DNA from: an uncultured virus (IMG/VR IMGVR_UViG_3300032322_002078)
Taxonomy: Duplodnaviria; Heunggongvirae; Uroviricota; Caudoviricetes
DNA: 64,000 nucleotides
IMG/VR virus record: IMGVR_UViG_3300032322_002078
Direction: 5' to 3' (one strand)
This document shows, one piece after another, positions 47,253-57,638 of the stretch (position 1 is the first letter of the stretch; every line of letters begins with the position of its first letter). Made by a program: the position numbers and the translations under genes. Under the pieces are notes generated by a model. It worked only from the letters and a program-made list of their open reading frames with translations. It did no database searches and was not told where the DNA came from.

Positions 47253-48326
47253 TTAATTTGGTGTGGGGCTGCCCACCCTGGGCAGCTTGCCCTGATTTTG
47301 ATCTATAGCTTTTTGATACTTCTCGTCAACATCTCCTTTGAGTCCTGTTGCAGCTGCGTTTGACTTCGGGGTTCGCCGGTCTTGACCGGATTTTCCGATA
47401 GGTCCTTTTTCTACGCCTCTGTTGACTCCATACTCGATGTTTCTCTTGAGTATTTTCTTGCTATAAAGCGACCACATAAGATTATCTATTGTGGCTTCGA
47501 TATCCGGAACAAAAGTTTTAGGATCTCTTATCGAAAACACCTTAGAAGCCTCTACAATTTCTTTCGCCATCTCAGGGGTTACTAGAACGCGATACTTCTG
47601 GGTTCCGACTAGTGATTCAACTTTTTGCACAAACTCTTCTCCGTATTTTCTTTCTTTTTTGATAAAATCATCTCTATCTACCTCATTTTGCCCTGCTAAC
47701 TCATTGAGTTTATCTGCCAAGGTTTTGAGTTTTTGGGATGATTCGGATTCCATTTTTTCTTTAATGGGATCTATGATTTCTGTCTTCCTGTACTCTGAAA
47801 GACCGTTAAATTCGGTCAGCGCGTTCTGGATCTGATCCTCGCTTAAGTTGTATTTTTTAGCATGACCTGCGCGGTAATGAAGCTCATAAATCTGCTCAGG
47901 CTTGAGTTTTTCAACGTCAAAATAAGCGCCTCCTACTTCTTGGAGAAACGCCTTAACGTTAGAGCCGCCTCCCTGAGAGTGAAGGATGGCTGCCGAAACC
48001 AAAGGATTCGCCTTCATGGTATTGTATTCGGCCTCTATAACTTTGAGTCTTTCGTTTTCAGCTCTTAGCGCCTCTAAGTCTTTTTGAGAGCTGGCATCGT
48101 CATCTTTTTTTGTTTCCAGGAAAGCTGGCCTGACCGCTGCTGCGCCTATCTCATCGTCGCCTATATCATCGTCTTCGGTGTTATCTCCTGCTGCTGCGCC
48201 GTTATCTCCTGCTGCTGCGCCGTTATCTCCTGCTGCTGCGCCGTTATCTGTGCCGTTACCTCCCGAGGCGCCGCCGTCTCCTGGATCTGCGCTATACTGC
48301 GCTGCTGATAAAAAAGGTCTTTTCAT
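47253..48326 (-). CDS. putative capsid scaffolding protein
   Basis: Acidic low-complexity N-terminus and coiled-coil; lies between portal and MCP. Confidence 0.65.
   Translation of the reverse strand: MKRPFLSAAQYSADPGDGGASGGNGTDNGAAAGDNGAAAGDNGAAAGDNTEDDDIGDDEIGAAAVRPAFLETKKDDDASSQKDLEALRAENERLKVIEAEYNTMKANPLVSAAILHSQGGGSNVKAFLQEVGGAYFDVEKLKPEQIYELHYRAGHAKKYNLSEDQIQNALTEFNGLSEYRKTEIIDPIKEKMESESSQKLKTLADKLNELAGQNEVDRDDFIKKERKYGEEFVQKVESLVGTQKYRVLVTPEMAKEIVEASKVFSIRDPKTFVPDIEATIDNLMWSLYSKKILKRNIEYGVNRGVEKGPIGKSGQDRRTPKSNAAATGLKGDVDEKYQKAIDQNQGKLPRVGSPTPN
48180..48249. repeat. 21-bp tandem repeat x3 (GAAAGDN)
   Basis: GTTATCTCCTGCTGCTGCGCC three exact copies plus a partial copy. Confidence 0.9.
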
Positions 48327-48389
48327 ATTTTTCTAGTGGGTTTGTGGCGCTAAATTATAAATTAATACACTAGCACAAAACAAATATTT

Positions 48390-50669
48390 TTACTCTTTAT
48401 TACTAGAGTTAACCCTAGCGGCTTCCACCCTAGAATCGGCTGCTGTTTCTGCGGCATACATGTTCGCCCCGGCTTTTAGGCCTTCAACCTCTGAAAGGGT
48501 TCTATCTTTTGCGTCCTGCATGGCTGCAGATGTGGCTGATTTCAACATGGCCTCCTGGTTCATTCTGCGCCTGTATTCATTGGCGATCCTCTTGACTTCT
48601 GCCTTAAGACCGGTTTTGGTTGGCTGAGATTGAACCTCCAGAATAGCCTCAAGGGCCTCAATGTTTCCAGTTGGAATTATAGTCTGTGCTATTTTAAGCA
48701 TTTCCATTCTTTCGGCATCTGAGTATGTGTCGGTTATATCTATAACAGTGGCTATATCTTCCCATCTTAGCCCTTTAGATAATTTTAATAATGTCAATTC
48801 TTTTTCGGAAAGAATGTCTTTAGCTACCTCGCGGCCTTCGGGGCTTGAGTAAAAGTTCTTGGCTGTGTTTACAGCTAACTGGAGGACATTGCTTATGAAC
48901 TGAACATGAGTATACACATCGTTCGATATTCCCATCGTGGCTTGGGTTATAGCGCTTTGCTGGCTGTTATATCCCATGTACGTTGTGTTTGTTCCCGTAA
49001 CCGTGGGGACTGTATTGTACATCTCATTCATCAACCTTTCTTCCTCTCTTTTGACTTCGATAAACATTCTGACATCGGCATCAGATGTAAAATCTGCATA
49101 CTGAACGAGAGGGCGCCTTTCTGTCGGATCTCCTGGATCCGGAGATGCTAGATTCAGAACGGCAAATCCTAGTTTTTTAAAATCTGATTCCAGGTCTAGC
49201 GCGTCCTGGCCTTCTAGCTGTGAGCCGTCAATAAGAGGTATTCTGCCGTTTAGCTTTGCGACCCTATCCCTTATTTTCCATGATACAGCATCATGCATGT
49301 CTTGGTTGGCTACAATTCTATCCATTGCGGATCTACATATACCCGAAACCATGTTTGGTGTACAGATTTGCAATGGGAGCAGTGGTCTTTTTTTGTCGGC
49401 CGGGTGATATACCACGTTTTCGCAAAACTTATTGTCCCTTATAAACCTATTGCCTATAAGTACGGCTTGCTTGGGTATGTCGGCTATAAAATCACCAACA
49501 CTAGGGTCGTCGTCCCTGAGGACTCTGTATTCGTAAGGTTTTCTTATCTCTCCGTTTGCATTCTTTTTGTAGGCATACCTAGTGTCTGTAGCCTGTAGCC
49601 AGTACATACTTACAACAGCTATGAGCCTGTTGTTGGCGTCAATCATGCTGTAATTCAACGTGCCTTGAGGGCCATTTAAAAGAGCAATATTTTCTGATGT
49701 TCCTCCCGCCATTGAGTATAGTTCATTCCGATCATCCTCATCAAAATCCCATCTTGTAAATATTTCCTCCGGCGTCATAAATTCAATAATACCTGCAAAC
49801 CGGGCGTATGAATTATGGTCGTCATCTTCTCGATTATCAACTATGAGTCGATCTGGCCTTACGAATTTAACCTCTACCCTTCCGTTTACAACCCTAACTA
49901 CTGCCCCGGTGTACCCTCCAATCCTACAATCAAGATGGCTTCTGGTAGCGGAATTCTCTATGTTGTTATCTTTTACAATTCTGTTAAGTAAGCTCTGGCA
50001 CAGTTTTTCTGAAGACTCGAACGGCGTTTCATTAATATACTTTTTGATGCTTTCCTCAGAGCCCATCATATCCTCAGGGATTGACTTGGTTTCTACACCT
50101 CCCTGTTTTTCAATATCGTCCAAAAGTTGTCCAAACTTATATCGCATCATAGCCAGTACATACCTTTCTTCTCTGGCGCTGATGGCATCATTGGACATTG
50201 ATCTAGCCGAAATCTTAGCGTTGTTTATGTAATTAGCGTATGTGGATTTAAGAAACTCAACAATCTGGTAGGCTTTCTGACCCGGAATAAATGGAGCCGG
50301 CACTTCTTCTCCAGATACGGTCTCTGGGAGAAACGCAAAGTTAAAATTAAGCTGATCTCCATTGTAATACCTGTAATTCCTAAGTATCCTCTGGACAGGC
50401 ATCTGAGTACCTTTAAATGTTGTGGCATACTGAGATGGAATATTATACCCCATGCCGGACTGCATGTCTTGATAATATACAGGCCTGTTATAAAAAGAAG
50501 CAAAGTGCCTGACTTGAGCGGCGTCGTATTCATCCTGACCGCCGTAAAGTTCTTTTATTTTTTGCGGAGATATGCCCTGAATTGGCGCTGAATAAGATAT
50601 AGACCCAAATCCTAGTCTGCCTTTTTTCCCAGTGCCTAGTGTACTTTTATCTTTGCTTTTTTGTGCCAT
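48390..50669 (-). CDS. portal protein
   Basis: ~760 aa, NYRYYNG; position upstream of scaffold and MCP; start at MAQK after a TATATTTG box (50690-50697). Confidence 0.8.
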   Translation of the reverse strand: MAQKSKDKSTLGTGKKGRLGFGSISYSAPIQGISPQKIKELYGGQDEYDAAQVRHFASFYNRPVYYQDMQSGMGYNIPSQYATTFKGTQMPVQRILRNYRYYNGDQLNFNFAFLPETVSGEEVPAPFIPGQKAYQIVEFLKSTYANYINNAKISARSMSNDAISAREERYVLAMMRYKFGQLLDDIEKQGGVETKSIPEDMMGSEESIKKYINETPFESSEKLCQSLLNRIVKDNNIENSATRSHLDCRIGGYTGAVVRVVNGRVEVKFVRPDRLIVDNREDDDHNSYARFAGIIEFMTPEEIFTRWDFDEDDRNELYSMAGGTSENIALLNGPQGTLNYSMIDANNRLIAVVSMYWLQATDTRYAYKKNANGEIRKPYEYRVLRDDDPSVGDFIADIPKQAVLIGNRFIRDNKFCENVVYHPADKKRPLLPLQICTPNMVSGICRSAMDRIVANQDMHDAVSWKIRDRVAKLNGRIPLIDGSQLEGQDALDLESDFKKLGFAVLNLASPDPGDPTERRPLVQYADFTSDADVRMFIEVKREEERLMNEMYNTVPTVTGTNTTYMGYNSQQSAITQATMGISNDVYTHVQFISNVLQLAVNTAKNFYSSPEGREVAKDILSEKELTLLKLSKGLRWEDIATVIDITDTYSDAERMEMLKIAQTIIPTGNIEALEAILEVQSQPTKTGLKAEVKRIANEYRRRMNQEAMLKSATSAAMQDAKDRTLSEVEGLKAGANMYAAETAADSRVEAARVNSSNKE

Positions 50670-50722
50670 TGTGAGTATTTCGACAACGACAAATATAATC
50701 GGTTTAACATAAACCAACTACA

Positions 50723-51205
50723 CTAGCGATGCACTAAATTATCTAACGCATATTTAGCTATGAGGATTGCGTCTGCATTCCAAAGCGTTACCTTGGCGCC
50801 TGGGTATAACTCAAGGGCTTTTGCTTTTAATCTGTTTTTCCATTGAGTGTCGGATTCAGAGGCCTCCTTTTTCATGTTGAAATACTTCATCCAGGTCGAC
50901 GGAGTTTTCGTAACATTAGCTATGGCAAAAAACATTAACATTGCCTCTAGTGTGCCAACAACCCACCCTATGGTGTAGTTTTGCTTGGCTCCGTTTGTTG
51001 GTCGACTATGAATATTTTCTTTCATCAAAAGAAGTATGTCGTACTCAATTACAAAACCCTGCATCATTTCAATATATTCATGAAGGGTTTCTGGTGTTTT
51101 AACAGACTTTAAGTGATCGCCTTCCGGGTAACTCAACACCGTAAAAGCTCCATGCATTCCGGGGTCACAACCTATAACTACTTTTTTACGAATTACCATA
51201 AACAT
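50723..51205 (-). CDS. RuvC-like Holliday junction resolvase
   Basis: VIGCDPGMHGA, KENIH, PSTW, ADAILIA. Confidence 0.85.
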   Translation of the reverse strand: MFMVIRKKVVIGCDPGMHGAFTVLSYPEGDHLKSVKTPETLHEYIEMMQGFVIEYDILLLMKENIHSRPTNGAKQNYTIGWVVGTLEAMLMFFAIANVTKTPSTWMKYFNMKKEASESDTQWKNRLKAKALELYPGAKVTLWNADAILIAKYALDNLVHR

Positions 51206-51563
51206 TCATTCCGTATAGGTTCAGCAAGGAGTAAGCCAGCATAATGTCTAGCTTTTGCTCTAGCGTTGTGTATGTGTCTGATTCTTTTGGAGGATTAAAC
51301 ATGTCATCTATTATCTGCCTGTGGTAGTTAGATATATAGAATATTGTTCTTATTCTTCTATCGCTGGCGAATTCCGGAATCTTTATCTCGTCGCCTGGTC
51401 TGATACACTGAAGCGCATAGGCGATTAACTCCTGGTAGATATCCGGAATTCTTTTCCTTTCGCCTTCGTCGATAAAAACATCGTCTTTTTTACCCCTTAC
51501 AGCTTTGTGTATTTCAGCCGGCGCGTCATAATTTATAGTAACGACCTTTGTTCCTTTTTTCAT
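51186..51563 (-). CDS. hypothetical protein
   Basis: Start MKKGTK downstream of a TATATTTG box (51580-51587). Confidence 0.55.
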   Translation of the reverse strand: MKKGTKVVTINYDAPAEIHKAVRGKKDDVFIDEGERKRIPDIYQELIAYALQCIRPGDEIKIPEFASDRRIRTIFYISNYHRQIIDDMFNPPKESDTYTTLEQKLDIMLAYSLLNLYGMNVYGNS

Positions 51564-51615
51564 TGCTTTTGAGTGTTTGCAAATATAACAAATATTTTTT
51601 ATTTTGTATACTTGG

Positions 51616-51906
51616 CTACACGGACTCCTGAAAACAGTATCCAAACGACTGCAGTTTTGTTATAACCGATTCCACTGATTTTGACTTAACTTTAAAGCAG
51701 ATCTCTAGGCCGTTGGTTTCAAAAACGCCTAAAAGCTGATCGGGTTGACCTGATTTTTTATCTGACGCCTTGATTTTAAATGATATGAAGTACGGCGCCC
51801 CTGTCGCGGCTTTTCCTGAGGCCGATTCTCCGTCAGCGGCCTGCTGTGGAATTGACAATCTTTTTGCTTTGTTGTTTTTAAAGATTACTTCTGGATCTGT
51901 ATACAT
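51616..51906 (-). CDS. hypothetical protein
   Basis: 96-aa ORF in operon. Confidence 0.55.
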   Translation of the reverse strand: MYTDPEVIFKNNKAKRLSIPQQAADGESASGKAATGAPYFISFKIKASDKKSGQPDQLLGVFETNGLEICFKVKSKSVESVITKLQSFGYCFQESV

Positions 51907-51916
51907 GGGTTTTGTT

Positions 51917-52192
51917 TTATAATGGTTCTACTTGTGTTTCTATTGGCAGCGGGTCTAGTATAAATCTTATGGCTTTAGGATCCCGGTAAACCACAACCCC
52001 GTCTCTCTGCAGAATGCCGGCGACCATTCCGACGCCCCCGGAATGAATTGTATTGAATGGCGCCCAGAACATAAACCAGCCGCGATCTGAGGCGTTTTTA
52101 TTATTTACAAAAATAACCTCCGGACTAGTTGTCCTGATATCCGGTGCTAGGCTAGCTGTTTTAAAGTCTTTATCTTCCATGGTTAAATACAT
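51917..52192 (-). CDS. hypothetical protein
   Basis: 91-aa ORF following the terminase. Confidence 0.55.
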   Translation of the reverse strand: MYLTMEDKDFKTASLAPDIRTTSPEVIFVNNKNASDRGWFMFWAPFNTIHSGGVGMVAGILQRDGVVVYRDPKAIRFILDPLPIETQVEPL

Positions 52193-54080
52193 CTGGCCGA
52201 GATATAGAAGTTGCTTTTCCGGTCTCGGTATCTAAGTAAATTGTTTTCTTTTCGATAACCCGCCTTCCTGCGCGAGTGGTCACGTAACTAACTGTTCTTT
52301 TTACCTTGTTGTGCAGGCTGCTTTTTTCTATGGCTTCTCTCACGCCTCTGGACTGAAGAAGAAACGATATGAAAGCATCTAGTAAGTCAGTGTTGTCAAT
52401 CATGAATTTCTTGATCTCATCTATAAGGGGTTTAAGATGGAGCTGATCTATGTCGTTTTTTATAAACTTAACGAGTTCACCGGCGGCGGTTTGAGCGCTA
52501 ACCGCATCTTTGTACCATCCCAAAGGCTTTGTCTTTTTGGCTGGATTCAGGTATGCAGGCTCCCTGGAAAGCCTCAAAGAATAACCATTCCTCTTGAAGC
52601 TATCGATTAACATCTGTCCACGATTTCGCTCAACCATGAGTTCTTCTACTCCGTAATAGTCCATAAGCAGTAACGCATTCATCATGGCTGCGTCGGCATC
52701 ATGAGTTCTTTCCACATGAAAAGCAACCGGTTTTTTGGAAAACACCTCCCCAATTAATACAGCATTTTTGGACCTATTGGAATCTGATTCTCCTTCTTCG
52801 TGACCGAATGGTATGGGGTCATTCCCGGCTCCATACTTGACTTCTTTCTGAGGGTGCTCGAGAATATGAAACTCACCTGAAGTCTGGTTTAACACGGGTT
52901 CGATAATGCCGGTTGGTCTGCGCTTTAGGTCCCATCTTGTTACGGGTCGCTGTTCGCTTCTGATCCTTATACTGGCCTCGTTAATTATGTCATTTATGTC
53001 CTCGGTAAAAATGCTTTGCGTATTGATGTCGAAAAGCTCTTCGATAGTCAGCGGATACGCTTTTATGAACTGATTGAGCTTTTTCTTGCTCTTGGCTCTA
53101 TCTAGCCTCTCCCTGGTCCTTAAGATGTACTCCATGGCGCGTTTTTCATCGCTGCGCCCGTTGGGACAGAAGTTCAAAATTCTTCCGGTTGCGTTACCGT
53201 CTTCATCGTATTCCGGAGCCTCTGTTATGCAAAGTGTTCCAGGGACAAAAAGAGTGTGGACGTCATTGTTGGATGCATCCAACCAGTATTCCTGCATTCT
53301 AATAGAGCCCTGAGCTGAAGCGATACCGGCGCTACCGCCCAATACGATTGGGTTCACCTTTCTGAGCCCGGCCATCATGGAGGCCTGAGCGGAAGCCACT
53401 ACTTCATCGGGACGCGGATGCAGGAAAACCTCATCGATAAATGCAGATGTTCCTCGATATGCCTCAAAGTTAGATGCGTCCGCCGGTTTGTCGCTGGTCT
53501 GAATTGATATGATCTTTGAGTTCAGGCCTCCGATACCCCCGCTGCCGTCATCATACCCAAAATGGAGGTACCCGGTCTGCCTGCTGGAAACCGTACTTGG
53601 TTTTATATCGGGATCCAGGTTTGAATAGAATACAAGTAGTTTGTCCTTGTGGAGCTCTTCGAGCCTTTTTTTGTCCGCTGAGGTTATGAGGTTTGTTGAA
53701 CCCGGATTGGTCAGGGCCTCATACATAGGAATGGCTGATCCAAAAATTGACGACAACGCAAAACCCCTCCTTTTGGCTATGAAGTAATCCAAGAACATCC
53801 GCTTGGCGTACTCGTATTCCTCAAACACCGTTATATCTCCATCTCTTACATCCGGAGTTATCAGTACGTTCGTAGCTGTTTTATAGGTTCCCTGTGTTAC
53901 TGTGAAGTAGTGCCTGCCCGTTAAGCCACCGTAACCGCTGTACCACCTAGCTCGTTGGGTGTCCCACCACTTATCCTCTTCGTAAACCGTCTTAAATATA
54001 GATGGTTTTCCCTCCCATTTGAACAGGGGTTTTTCTTTATCCTTGGAGGTGATTATATTTATTTTTGGTATGTCAGACAT
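52170..54080 (-). CDS. terL: terminase large subunit
   Basis: LTGRHYF, Walker A-like AKRRGFALSS, Walker B FIDE, YPLTIEE, nuclease GNDP...VERN...DLLDA. Confidence 0.88.
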   Translation of the reverse strand: MSDIPKINIITSKDKEKPLFKWEGKPSIFKTVYEEDKWWDTQRARWYSGYGGLTGRHYFTVTQGTYKTATNVLITPDVRDGDITVFEEYEYAKRMFLDYFIAKRRGFALSSIFGSAIPMYEALTNPGSTNLITSADKKRLEELHKDKLLVFYSNLDPDIKPSTVSSRQTGYLHFGYDDGSGGIGGLNSKIISIQTSDKPADASNFEAYRGTSAFIDEVFLHPRPDEVVASAQASMMAGLRKVNPIVLGGSAGIASAQGSIRMQEYWLDASNNDVHTLFVPGTLCITEAPEYDEDGNATGRILNFCPNGRSDEKRAMEYILRTRERLDRAKSKKKLNQFIKAYPLTIEELFDINTQSIFTEDINDIINEASIRIRSEQRPVTRWDLKRRPTGIIEPVLNQTSGEFHILEHPQKEVKYGAGNDPIPFGHEEGESDSNRSKNAVLIGEVFSKKPVAFHVERTHDADAAMMNALLLMDYYGVEELMVERNRGQMLIDSFKRNGYSLRLSREPAYLNPAKKTKPLGWYKDAVSAQTAAGELVKFIKNDIDQLHLKPLIDEIKKFMIDNTDLLDAFISFLLQSRGVREAIEKSSLHNKVKRTVSYVTTRAGRRVIEKKTIYLDTETGKATSISRPDVFNHGR

Positions 54081-54083
54081 CTT

Positions 54084-54569
54084 CTAGCTGGTCGCCCTTA
54101 TTTTGTGATGAATGCCATTTGTTTTAACCGCGTCTCCGGAAAAATAATCCGTTGGAATAAAGCCCATTGGTTTTAGTATCTCAAACACTAGCTCTTCGTT
54201 ATGATACTTGTCGATGATCTCTAGGCATTTTATTTTGAATTTATTGACGGCCTGCTGACTCACGGCATCGTACCGCTCAGCGCACATGTGTATGGCCTGC
54301 CGATCTGCATGAATATAAAGCGCCTTGAGCTCATTGAGTTCTAGCGCTAGGCTGTACTCGGCATCGCTAAGCGGCTCTGATTCGTTCCAGATTTCGTTGT
54401 AATCCACATCCTCTCCGAACTCAAAAAGCGCGACATCGTCATCCGATATCATGGTGTTGTGTCGAACAAACCTTTTGATATACGGACTTTTTTTGAATCG
54501 TAGCTTTCTTACCCGCTTGCTTACGACTCCTGGCTGCGCTTCAGAACTCTTATTGTTTTGGCTTTCCAT
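54084..54569 (-). CDS. hypothetical protein
   Basis: 161-aa ORF in operon. Confidence 0.55.
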   Translation of the reverse strand: MESQNNKSSEAQPGVVSKRVRKLRFKKSPYIKRFVRHNTMISDDDVALFEFGEDVDYNEIWNESEPLSDAEYSLALELNELKALYIHADRQAIHMCAERYDAVSQQAVNKFKIKCLEIIDKYHNEELVFEILKPMGFIPTDYFSGDAVKTNGIHHKIRATS

Positions 54570-54961
54570 GCCAGGTATTTTTTTAATTCTTTTTCAGTTG
54601 TCGGCATCATGTGCACATTTGTTGCGTACTGATGATGAATGTAATCAGATATGGCCTCGTAAAACTCTATCCGGATTTCAAACGGCATGAATTCAATCAT
54701 TGTCATGAATTGATGCAGTTCTATTCTTTCTTCTCCCTTGGGATCGTAGTACCGAATGTAGGCATACAGGTAAGCCTCGTCAACTATTGCAAAACCATGT
54801 ATTTCAAATATTTTATACATCTCCTGCCTCATTTTTGCAGGATTTACAGAAGATGTTCCGTGGTCTGAGTAAAACCCATCTATCTGTTCTTTAATGGGCT
54901 TTTCGCGGATCAGCGTTTTGCGCTTTTTTATCCCTGATTTGTTTGTTTGCCGTGGGCCCAT
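54521..54961 (-). CDS. hypothetical protein
   Basis: 146-aa ORF overlapping both neighbours. Confidence 0.55.
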   Translation of the reverse strand: MGPRQTNKSGIKKRKTLIREKPIKEQIDGFYSDHGTSSVNPAKMRQEMYKIFEIHGFAIVDEAYLYAYIRYYDPKGEERIELHQFMTMIEFMPFEIRIEFYEAISDYIHHQYATNVHMMPTTEKELKKYLAWKAKTIRVLKRSQES

Positions 54962-55452
54962 TTCTCTGTTCTGCTTAGCTTAACTTTGGATACGCGCTCT
55001 ACTTGCTGTGGGGAAATGTACTGAGCCCGGATCTGGGCTAGGCTTTCCACAAGAGCTGGTATGCTCTGCGACATTGTTTTAATGAGATCTACACGACCTT
55101 TCTCTTCTTTAAAAGCCATTTCGATAGGATCTTTCTTTGGACCTTTTTTCTTTGGAGCGTCATCGTCGTCGTCATGACCGGCCTCCATCGATGCAGATGC
55201 CTCGCGAATACTGTCGTCTATAATTTCTTCCCGGGGGTCGGACTCACTCAAAAATTTCAATCGCTGCGACTGGTACATCAGGGAAAGCGAGAGCGATTCA
55301 TAGGCTTCGTATTCCAAAGAGCTGTAAAACCTAATGAGCTCAAGAACAGGCTTCATAGCTGGTTCTGATTTCACTAGCTTCTCTAGTATCGATATGGCTT
55401 GTTCGGGTATATTTCCGGACTGCTGTGACTCTGTAGCTTTATTTTTGGCCAT
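54928..55452 (-). CDS. hypothetical protein, terminase-small-subunit candidate
   Basis: Helical 174 aa upstream of terL, behind a TAGCTTTG box (55456-55463); function inferred from position only. Confidence 0.45.
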   Translation of the reverse strand: MAKNKATESQQSGNIPEQAISILEKLVKSEPAMKPVLELIRFYSSLEYEAYESLSLSLMYQSQRLKFLSESDPREEIIDDSIREASASMEAGHDDDDDAPKKKGPKKDPIEMAFKEEKGRVDLIKTMSQSIPALVESLAQIRAQYISPQQVERVSKVKLSRTEKWAHGKQTNQG

Positions 55453-55473
55453 GTGCAAAGCTAAATAAATTTT

Positions 55474-55854
55474 TTATTTTGTTGATGTTCGACTCCAGGA
55501 AAAGGGTTTGTGTTTTTCTTTTTTTGCCTCTTCTTTAGCTGTTCGGTTTTCTGCTTTTTTAATTTCGCGATTCTTTTTGATGTCCTGGTTGTACTCCCAT
55601 CTTTTTTTCTCTATTATAGATCCCTTGACTTCGTAAACAAAGGGTCGCTTAGATTCGTCTTGGTATTTTCCGAATGCTGGTCTAAGGTCGAGTATTTCAC
55701 CTATTTCGAACCTAGTGAGATTATGTGTGAGAATTACGTCTCCCACAGCAAGAGTAGGTCCAGGGGATTGAATTTTCATTACACCGGTATGTCTGTCATA
55801 CCACATTTGAATGACGGATATCGCTGTGTCGGGTTGTTGTTTTTCTTTTTTCAT
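55474..55854 (-). CDS. hypothetical protein
   Basis: 126-aa ORF. Confidence 0.55.
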   Translation of the reverse strand: MKKEKQQPDTAISVIQMWYDRHTGVMKIQSPGPTLAVGDVILTHNLTRFEIGEILDLRPAFGKYQDESKRPFVYEVKGSIIEKKRWEYNQDIKKNREIKKAENRTAKEEAKKEKHKPFSWSRTSTK

Positions 55855-56177
55855 AGGGGGTCTACGTGTATGATTACGGGTTGAAGAGTTCCTTTGGTTA
55901 ATTCGATTTCGTGCTGATGATACAGAGCTGTTTTCTTGAGATCATAAAAACTGCCTGTAGAAAAATGCTTGTTGAAGTCCCTGCAGGTAATCAGGTGTCT
56001 TTCTTTGGTGCTGAGGTTCAGGCATTCATAAACATCATCCCATCTATCGTTTATGGATTGCTTGTTGAGTATCCTTACAAACGTCACCAACATCTGATTT
56101 CCTTTCGATGTTTTAAACACCCATCTACACTGGTCATCCAGATGCATTGTTATTTTTGGTCTGAGGTCCGATATCAT
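55851..56177 (-). CDS. hypothetical protein
   Basis: 108-aa ORF, ATGA-coupled. Confidence 0.55.
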   Translation of the reverse strand: MISDLRPKITMHLDDQCRWVFKTSKGNQMLVTFVRILNKQSINDRWDDVYECLNLSTKERHLITCRDFNKHFSTGSFYDLKKTALYHQHEIELTKGTLQPVIIHVDPL

Positions 56178-56491
56178 GAAAGCAGCTGTTTTAGTTCCTG
56201 TATTTCGGTTTCGTGGTTTTTAACAAAGAACTCCATGGCTCCCAAAGCCTGGATGTTGCGGATCGATATTATGAGCTCTTCGATGTCGCGATCTATGGTA
56301 TGGGAGTGCACGTCTCGGATCGATATGATCCTGTCGTCGGGGTAGGCTTCACTGAAGTCTTCGGCGGCCGCCACGATATCCACTGCGTTGACGATATAGG
56401 AATGCGTCTCGGTAAGGATCTCGTAGCTGCCGTCGATAGACAGTGTTTCACCCCTAGGCGGTTCTTTGTATCTACCTGGGTTTCCTCTCAT
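56174..56491 (-). CDS. hypothetical protein
   Basis: 105-aa ORF, ATGA-coupled. Confidence 0.55.
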   Translation of the reverse strand: MRGNPGRYKEPPRGETLSIDGSYEILTETHSYIVNAVDIVAAAEDFSEAYPDDRIISIRDVHSHTIDRDIEELIISIRNIQALGAMEFFVKNHETEIQELKQLLS

Positions 56492-57289
56492 TTAGAAGAA
56501 AAGTCGTTCGGATATAATCAATCCCAAGGCTTCCCGGAGGCTGGTTTCTGGGTTTTTTGCATTCAAAACCATTAGCTTACCCATTCCTCGCGCATATCTC
56601 TCCTCAAGAGCATTGGTTATAATGTCTATTCGACTTTCCAGCTCTTTACTGAGTTCGTCGTTGCGGCTCAGAACTACTATGTATCGCGCCTGAAGTTCTT
56701 CTAGCTGCTTGAGCAGATCTTCTTTTGTTGCTGATATGCGCTTGGCACTGGGTTGTTCTGAGCTTGGAGATGCCCGATGAACCTGCTCTTGCTTGTGCTG
56801 TGGCTTTTCCTGGTCCGGTTCCTCCTGGGCATTTTCTTCGACCGGTTTTTCTTCAGGATCTTTCTCAGCAGGTTGTTCTTCCTTAATTGCGGGCTCGGGT
56901 TTCTTCTTGGCATCGGTGAGCTGTTGTTTCTCCTTGGCGTGGATAGGCTGTTGTTTTTTCTCGGCAGGGGTTTCCTGGGCTTTGGTCTCCTGTGGCTTTT
57001 TCTCGCCCTGGTCTTCAGCCTGGGTGTTTTGACTGCCCTCCGCCAAGCGTTTTATCACAACGTAGATCGACGTCGCGTTGAAGTTCTTGACGTCATCAAC
57101 CACTAAGTCGACGAACTGCTCTTCTCCGGGTTTATCCATGTCGACCTGCAGGTACCTCGGGAATGATGCGAATTGAGCCTGCTGGGTTTCCGGGCGGATG
57201 CCGAGCTTCGACAGATCGGCTTCACGGAATGCGCGAAAGTCCATACCGCTGTACATCGCGATAACAAATTTTCTTGATTGTGTTGTCAT
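56492..57289 (-). CDS. hypothetical protein with E/K/Q/P low-complexity linker and coiled-coil
   Basis: 265-aa ORF. Confidence 0.6.
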   Translation of the reverse strand: MTTQSRKFVIAMYSGMDFRAFREADLSKLGIRPETQQAQFASFPRYLQVDMDKPGEEQFVDLVVDDVKNFNATSIYVVIKRLAEGSQNTQAEDQGEKKPQETKAQETPAEKKQQPIHAKEKQQLTDAKKKPEPAIKEEQPAEKDPEEKPVEENAQEEPDQEKPQHKQEQVHRASPSSEQPSAKRISATKEDLLKQLEELQARYIVVLSRNDELSKELESRIDIITNALEERYARGMGKLMVLNAKNPETSLREALGLIISERLFF

Positions 57290-57300
57290 GGTTTTTGGAT

Positions 57301-57627
57301 TTATTTGATTTTAGATAAATGAACTTTTATTGCGTTTTTCTTATTGAGAGCGCTGACGTAATCAAAGCCGGGCCTGATGTCGTATGTGTAGCGCTGTACT
57401 GTGGTGTATTCATCGGATATGCCATGGAATAACCGGCGAACCCTAACTCTTTCGAGATGAGACTTCACTAGCACTACCTCTTTGACTTCCAGGGTCTCGG
57501 GGTTGATCTCGAAAACCTTATGGCCCCTGTGGGGGGTGATCCTCAAGACGTGCTGTTTTAACTTCTGCACCTCGGCGCGGATCTCCACGCCGTCGATGTC
57601 TTTGTTGTGTTGCTGTGTTTCTTTCAT
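57301..57627 (-). CDS. hypothetical protein
   Basis: PHRGHKVFEIN...YVSALNKKNA pattern. Confidence 0.6.
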   Translation of the reverse strand: MKETQQHNKDIDGVEIRAEVQKLKQHVLRITPHRGHKVFEINPETLEVKEVVLVKSHLERVRVRRLFHGISDEYTTVQRYTYDIRPGFDYVSALNKKNAIKVHLSKIK

Positions 57628-57638
57628 ATTGGTTTGTA

